This document shows, in pieces, positions 60,395 to 64,000 of a DNA stretch of 64,000 bases. The stretch comes from Octopus sinensis (taxonomy: Eukaryota), in NCBI RefSeq assembly GCF_006345805.1, contig NC_042997.1:207452001-207516000 (forward strand), read 5' to 3'. Below the pieces are notes generated by a model. It ran no database searches. It was given only the letters and a program-made list of their open reading frames with translations, and was not told the origin of the DNA. The position numbers were made by a program, and so were the translations under genes. Position 1 is the first letter of the stretch, and every line of letters starts with the position of its first letter.

Positions 60395-63115
60395 TATTCA
60401 GGTGGGGCGCACACCATCCCCAACGACTGGTGTAGTAGCGTTATAGGTGATGCCTTAGATAGAAACAACTACAGAGATATTAAAGTGATAGACCAAGTCA
60501 TGAAAGGTACTGAGAGGGTTGTATTTCATGTGATTAGAAATAGAATTAAACTAGATGAGATGCAGTTTGGTTTTGTAGCTGGGAAGAGTACCACAGAAGC
60601 CATCTTCCTAGTGAGACAGCTGCAAGGAAAGTAGTTGGCCAAAAGTAAGCCATCGACCTGGAGAAAGCTTTCAACAAAGTTCCTTGGTCTGTTACATGGT
60701 AGTCTGTAAGGAAGTTAGGAGCAGAGGAGTGGCTTGTTAGAGCTGTCCAAACCATGTATAGTCAGGAAGGTGAGAGTCAGCTATGAATAATACAGAGATG
60801 AATTTTGCGTTCAGGAAGGGGTTCACCAGGGCTCAGTTCTCAGCCCACTCTTATTCATTATAGTCCTTCAGGCCATCACAGAGGAATTCAAGACTGGGCG
60901 CCAGTGGGAACTGCTATATTTCTTTATTGCCCACAAGGGGCTAACATAGAAGGGACAATCAAGGACAGACAAAGGGATTCAGTCGATTACATCGACCCAA
61001 GTGCATAACTGGTACTTAATTTATCAACCCTGAAAGAATGAAAAGCAAAGTTGACTTCGGCAGAATTTGAACTCAGAATGTAACGGCAGACAAAATACTG
61101 CTAAGCATTTCACCCAGTGTGCTAACGTTTCAGCCAGTCATCGCCTGTCTTTTTTTTTCCTCAGATAAATAATGGGTGTTTGGTTGTCCATTTTGGAAGG
61201 TCAGAGTGGTACATGATTTATCATCACAGGATTGAGAACTGCTATATGCTGATGACCTTGCTCTTATTGCAGAATCTTTAGCAGAATTGGAGAAGAAATT
61301 CCATGTATGGAAACCAAACAACTTGGAATCAAAGGGCCTAGCTAAGTCAAAAGTGGTTCTTAGTGAGAAAGAAGATAAATTTTCCTTCCGTCAGGTAAAT
61401 GGTGCGACTCAATATGTAGGAAAAGTGTTGGAAGAAATTCCAATTGTTGCACCTAATGTAAACTATGGACACAGGTATATTAACAGATAAAGTCATCTTT
61501 GTGTGTGGCAGATGTGCAGGAACAATAAACACTGAGGGCATATGAAACTTAGATTCTCTCAAATGCCCAGGAGGATCTCTTGAGGTTGTAGATAGTTTCT
61601 GTTACCTAGGTAACCAAATTAGCAATGGTGGAGGATGCTCTGAAAATATTGTTTCTAGAATAAGAATTGGGTGGGTGAAGTTCAGAGAACTATTACCTCT
61701 GTTAGCAACAAAAGGACGCTCTCTCTCAGAGTGAAAAGTAGACTATATGGTGCTTGTGTGCAAATGGCTATACTCCATGGCAGTGAGACATGGTCTTTGC
61801 ATGCAGAAGACATGCATAGAATGGAGAGAAACGAAGGTAGTATGCTCTGTTGGATGTACAATATCAGTGCACATGTGGGACAAAGGGCAAATGTATTGAG
61901 AGAAAAGTTGGGCACAAGAGGAATCAAATGTAGCATGCAAGAGAGAAGACATGTGATGCATATGAATGAGGATAGCCGTATAGAGAAGTGCCAGTCACTG
62001 AACGTGGATGGCATCTGTGGAAAAGGGAAACCCTGGAAGACATGGGATGAAGTGGTGGGGACTGATCTCAGGTTTTTAGGCCTCATGGAGGAAATGACAA
62101 TGGATCAAGATGTCTGGGCAATATGAGGCTTTTGAGAAGACCTACCCATTTCATTGAATCTGTGTTCTAGAAGCTCTGTGTGTTCCACATGCAACAATAA
62201 ATCTTTCCACACATCCTACCCCAACAAACAAAAGTACATCACTTTCTCCCATTTCCACTTCATGCATTAGGCTTATCTCTCACTCCTCAATCCCTTCCTC
62301 ATGGCCCTACTCACTGACTCATTGCTATCCCATGGTACCCCACCCCTTCTATATACCCAGGTTTTCACCAGCCACTGCACTACTCTTGGCCCTTATGCTT
62401 CTTTGCCAATACCCTGCCACTTATATTATGACCTCCATACCTTGAGGTTCTACCCTGGCACTTACCACCACCTATCACTCTCTCCCTTTACAATCCAATT
62501 CATATTCTGATCCCTGCTCCTTGTGAGTAAGCCCTGGCACTTTGCTACCACCCCTCTCCTACTCTCACTTACCCTCTTGCTCTCTCCCACTCCCTTTTCC
62601 TTTTGATCTTCCCTCAGGCTGGACAGCCATGTGTCTCCTCTACAGCGGTACACATGTTACTGTCTTCATTCTTGATCACTCTCTCTCTCTCTACCTCCCT
62701 GGTAAATCATGAACCTCCCCCTACAACAGGATGTGGGTTTCTGCTCCTGTTTCTCCATCACACTCGAACCTAATGCCCCCTCCCCCTCTCAAAGGGTCTT
62801 TGTCTTGCAATTTACTTGGTGACCCTGACAGTGCAGGTGCCACTTCAAAGTACCCAGTGCACTCTGTAAAGTGGTTGGCATTTGGAAAGGACATCCAGCT
62901 GTAAAAAGCTTACAAAACTGACCTGACCTGAGCAAGTGCCACATAAAAAGCACTCAGTCCAATCTACTGGGTGGGTGTGTTAAGAAGGGCATCCAGTTGT
63001 AGAACTGTGCCAAAACAGACACAAAAGTCCGCTGCAGGCACCTACCTGGCCAGGTCCTGTCAAACCATGCAACCCATGACAGCATGGAAAGAGGAAGTTA
63101 AAAGATGATGATCAT
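60395..63115 (+). mobile_element. Degenerate RTE subfamily copy with a long pyrimidine-rich 3' UTR, interrupted by a SINE
   Basis: PNDWCSS, NYR, QFGFVAG, LEKAF, HQGSVLSP, LYADDL, CLKVDRLYG and GKPWKTW; tail ends with GATGATGA. Confidence 0.85.
60925..61146 (-). mobile_element. tRNA-derived SINE with Nin/Deu-like domain
   Basis: Minus strand has GAGTTCAAATTC (B box) then GTCAACTTTGCTTTTCATTCTTTCAGGGTTGATAAATTAAGTACCAG..GGGTCGATGTAATCGAC. Confidence 0.7.
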
Positions 63116-63174
63116 GACATACATATTCATACAATGTCAAAGCACTTGTGCAGCTGTCATGTGAAAAGCATGTG

Positions 63175-64000
63175 TGCCAGTACCATGTATAAAGTACCTC
63201 TTCTGGTACCATGTATAAAGCATCTTTATTGGTATCATGTATAAAGCACCTCTACTGGTACCATGTATAAAGCACCTCTACTGGTACCATGTATAAAGCA
63301 CCTCTATTGGTACCATGTATAAAGCACCTCTACTGGTACCATGTATAGAGCACCTCTATTGGTACCATGTATAAAGCACCTCTATTGGTACTATGTATAA
63401 AGCACCTCTATTGGTACCATGTATAAAGCACCTCTATTGGTACCATGTATAAAGCACCTCTACTGGTACCATGTATAAAGCACCTCTACTGGTACCATGT
63501 ATAAAGCACCTCTATTGGTACCATGTATAAAGCACCTCTACTGGTACCATGTATAAAGCACCTCTACTGGTACCATGTATAAAGCACCTCTATTGGTACC
63601 ATGTATAGAGCACCTCTATTGGTACCATGTATAAAGCACCTCTACTGGTACCATGTATAAAGCACCTCTATTGGTACTATGTATAAAGCACCACTACTGG
63701 TACAATGTATAAAGCACCTCTACTGGTACCATGTATAAAACACCTCTACTGGTACCATGTATAAAGCACCTCTATTGGTACCATGTATAAAGCACCTCTA
63801 CTGGTACCATGTATAGAGCACCTCTATTGGTACCATGTATAAAGCATCTCTACTGGTACCATGTATAAAGCACCTCTACTGGTACCATGTATAAAGCACC
63901 TCTATTGGTACTATGTATAAAGCACCACTACTGGTACAATGTATAAAGCACCTCTATTGGTACCATGTATAAAGCACCTCTATTGGTACTATGTATAAAA
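63175..64000. repeat. 26-bp minisatellite (GGTACCATGTATAAAGCACCTCTAYT)n, about 31 units, running off the window
   Basis: Direct reading; period 26. Confidence 0.97.

Overview
AT-rich, repeat-dominated eukaryotic DNA. The SINE and RTE repertoire points to an octopus (cephalopod) genome; this is an inference. The only host gene I can support is the 3' part of a PARP14/15-like ADP-ribosyltransferase on the minus strand. Its three exons (55559-55426, 55037-54860, 34800-34535) were found by manual translation; the ORF track shows only the middle one. The last intron is about 20 kb, the NAD+-binding triad reads H-S-N instead of H-Y-L/I/E, and the predicted 3' UTR is almost entirely a tandem satellite. 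The rest is transposon-derived: several Penelope-like element (PLE) lineages, many RTE LINE fragments, a Tx1/L1 LINE, a CR1-like remnant, tRNA-derived SINEs, and mariner, Tc1 and pogo/Tigger DNA transposons. The main candidates for follow-up are: (1) an apparently intact PLE (20486-28065) with an extra 466-aa upstream ORF joined to RT/GIY-YIG through an in-register U_UUU_UUA -1 slippery site; (2) multiple PLE hammerhead ribozyme motifs, including a recurrent compensatory U3-A8 core; (3) the putative pseudo-enzyme PARP; and (4) near-identical inverted Tc1 tracts bracketing the PARP last exon. All of this was read by eye with no alignments, folding or database searches, so boundaries of degenerate repeats are approximate.
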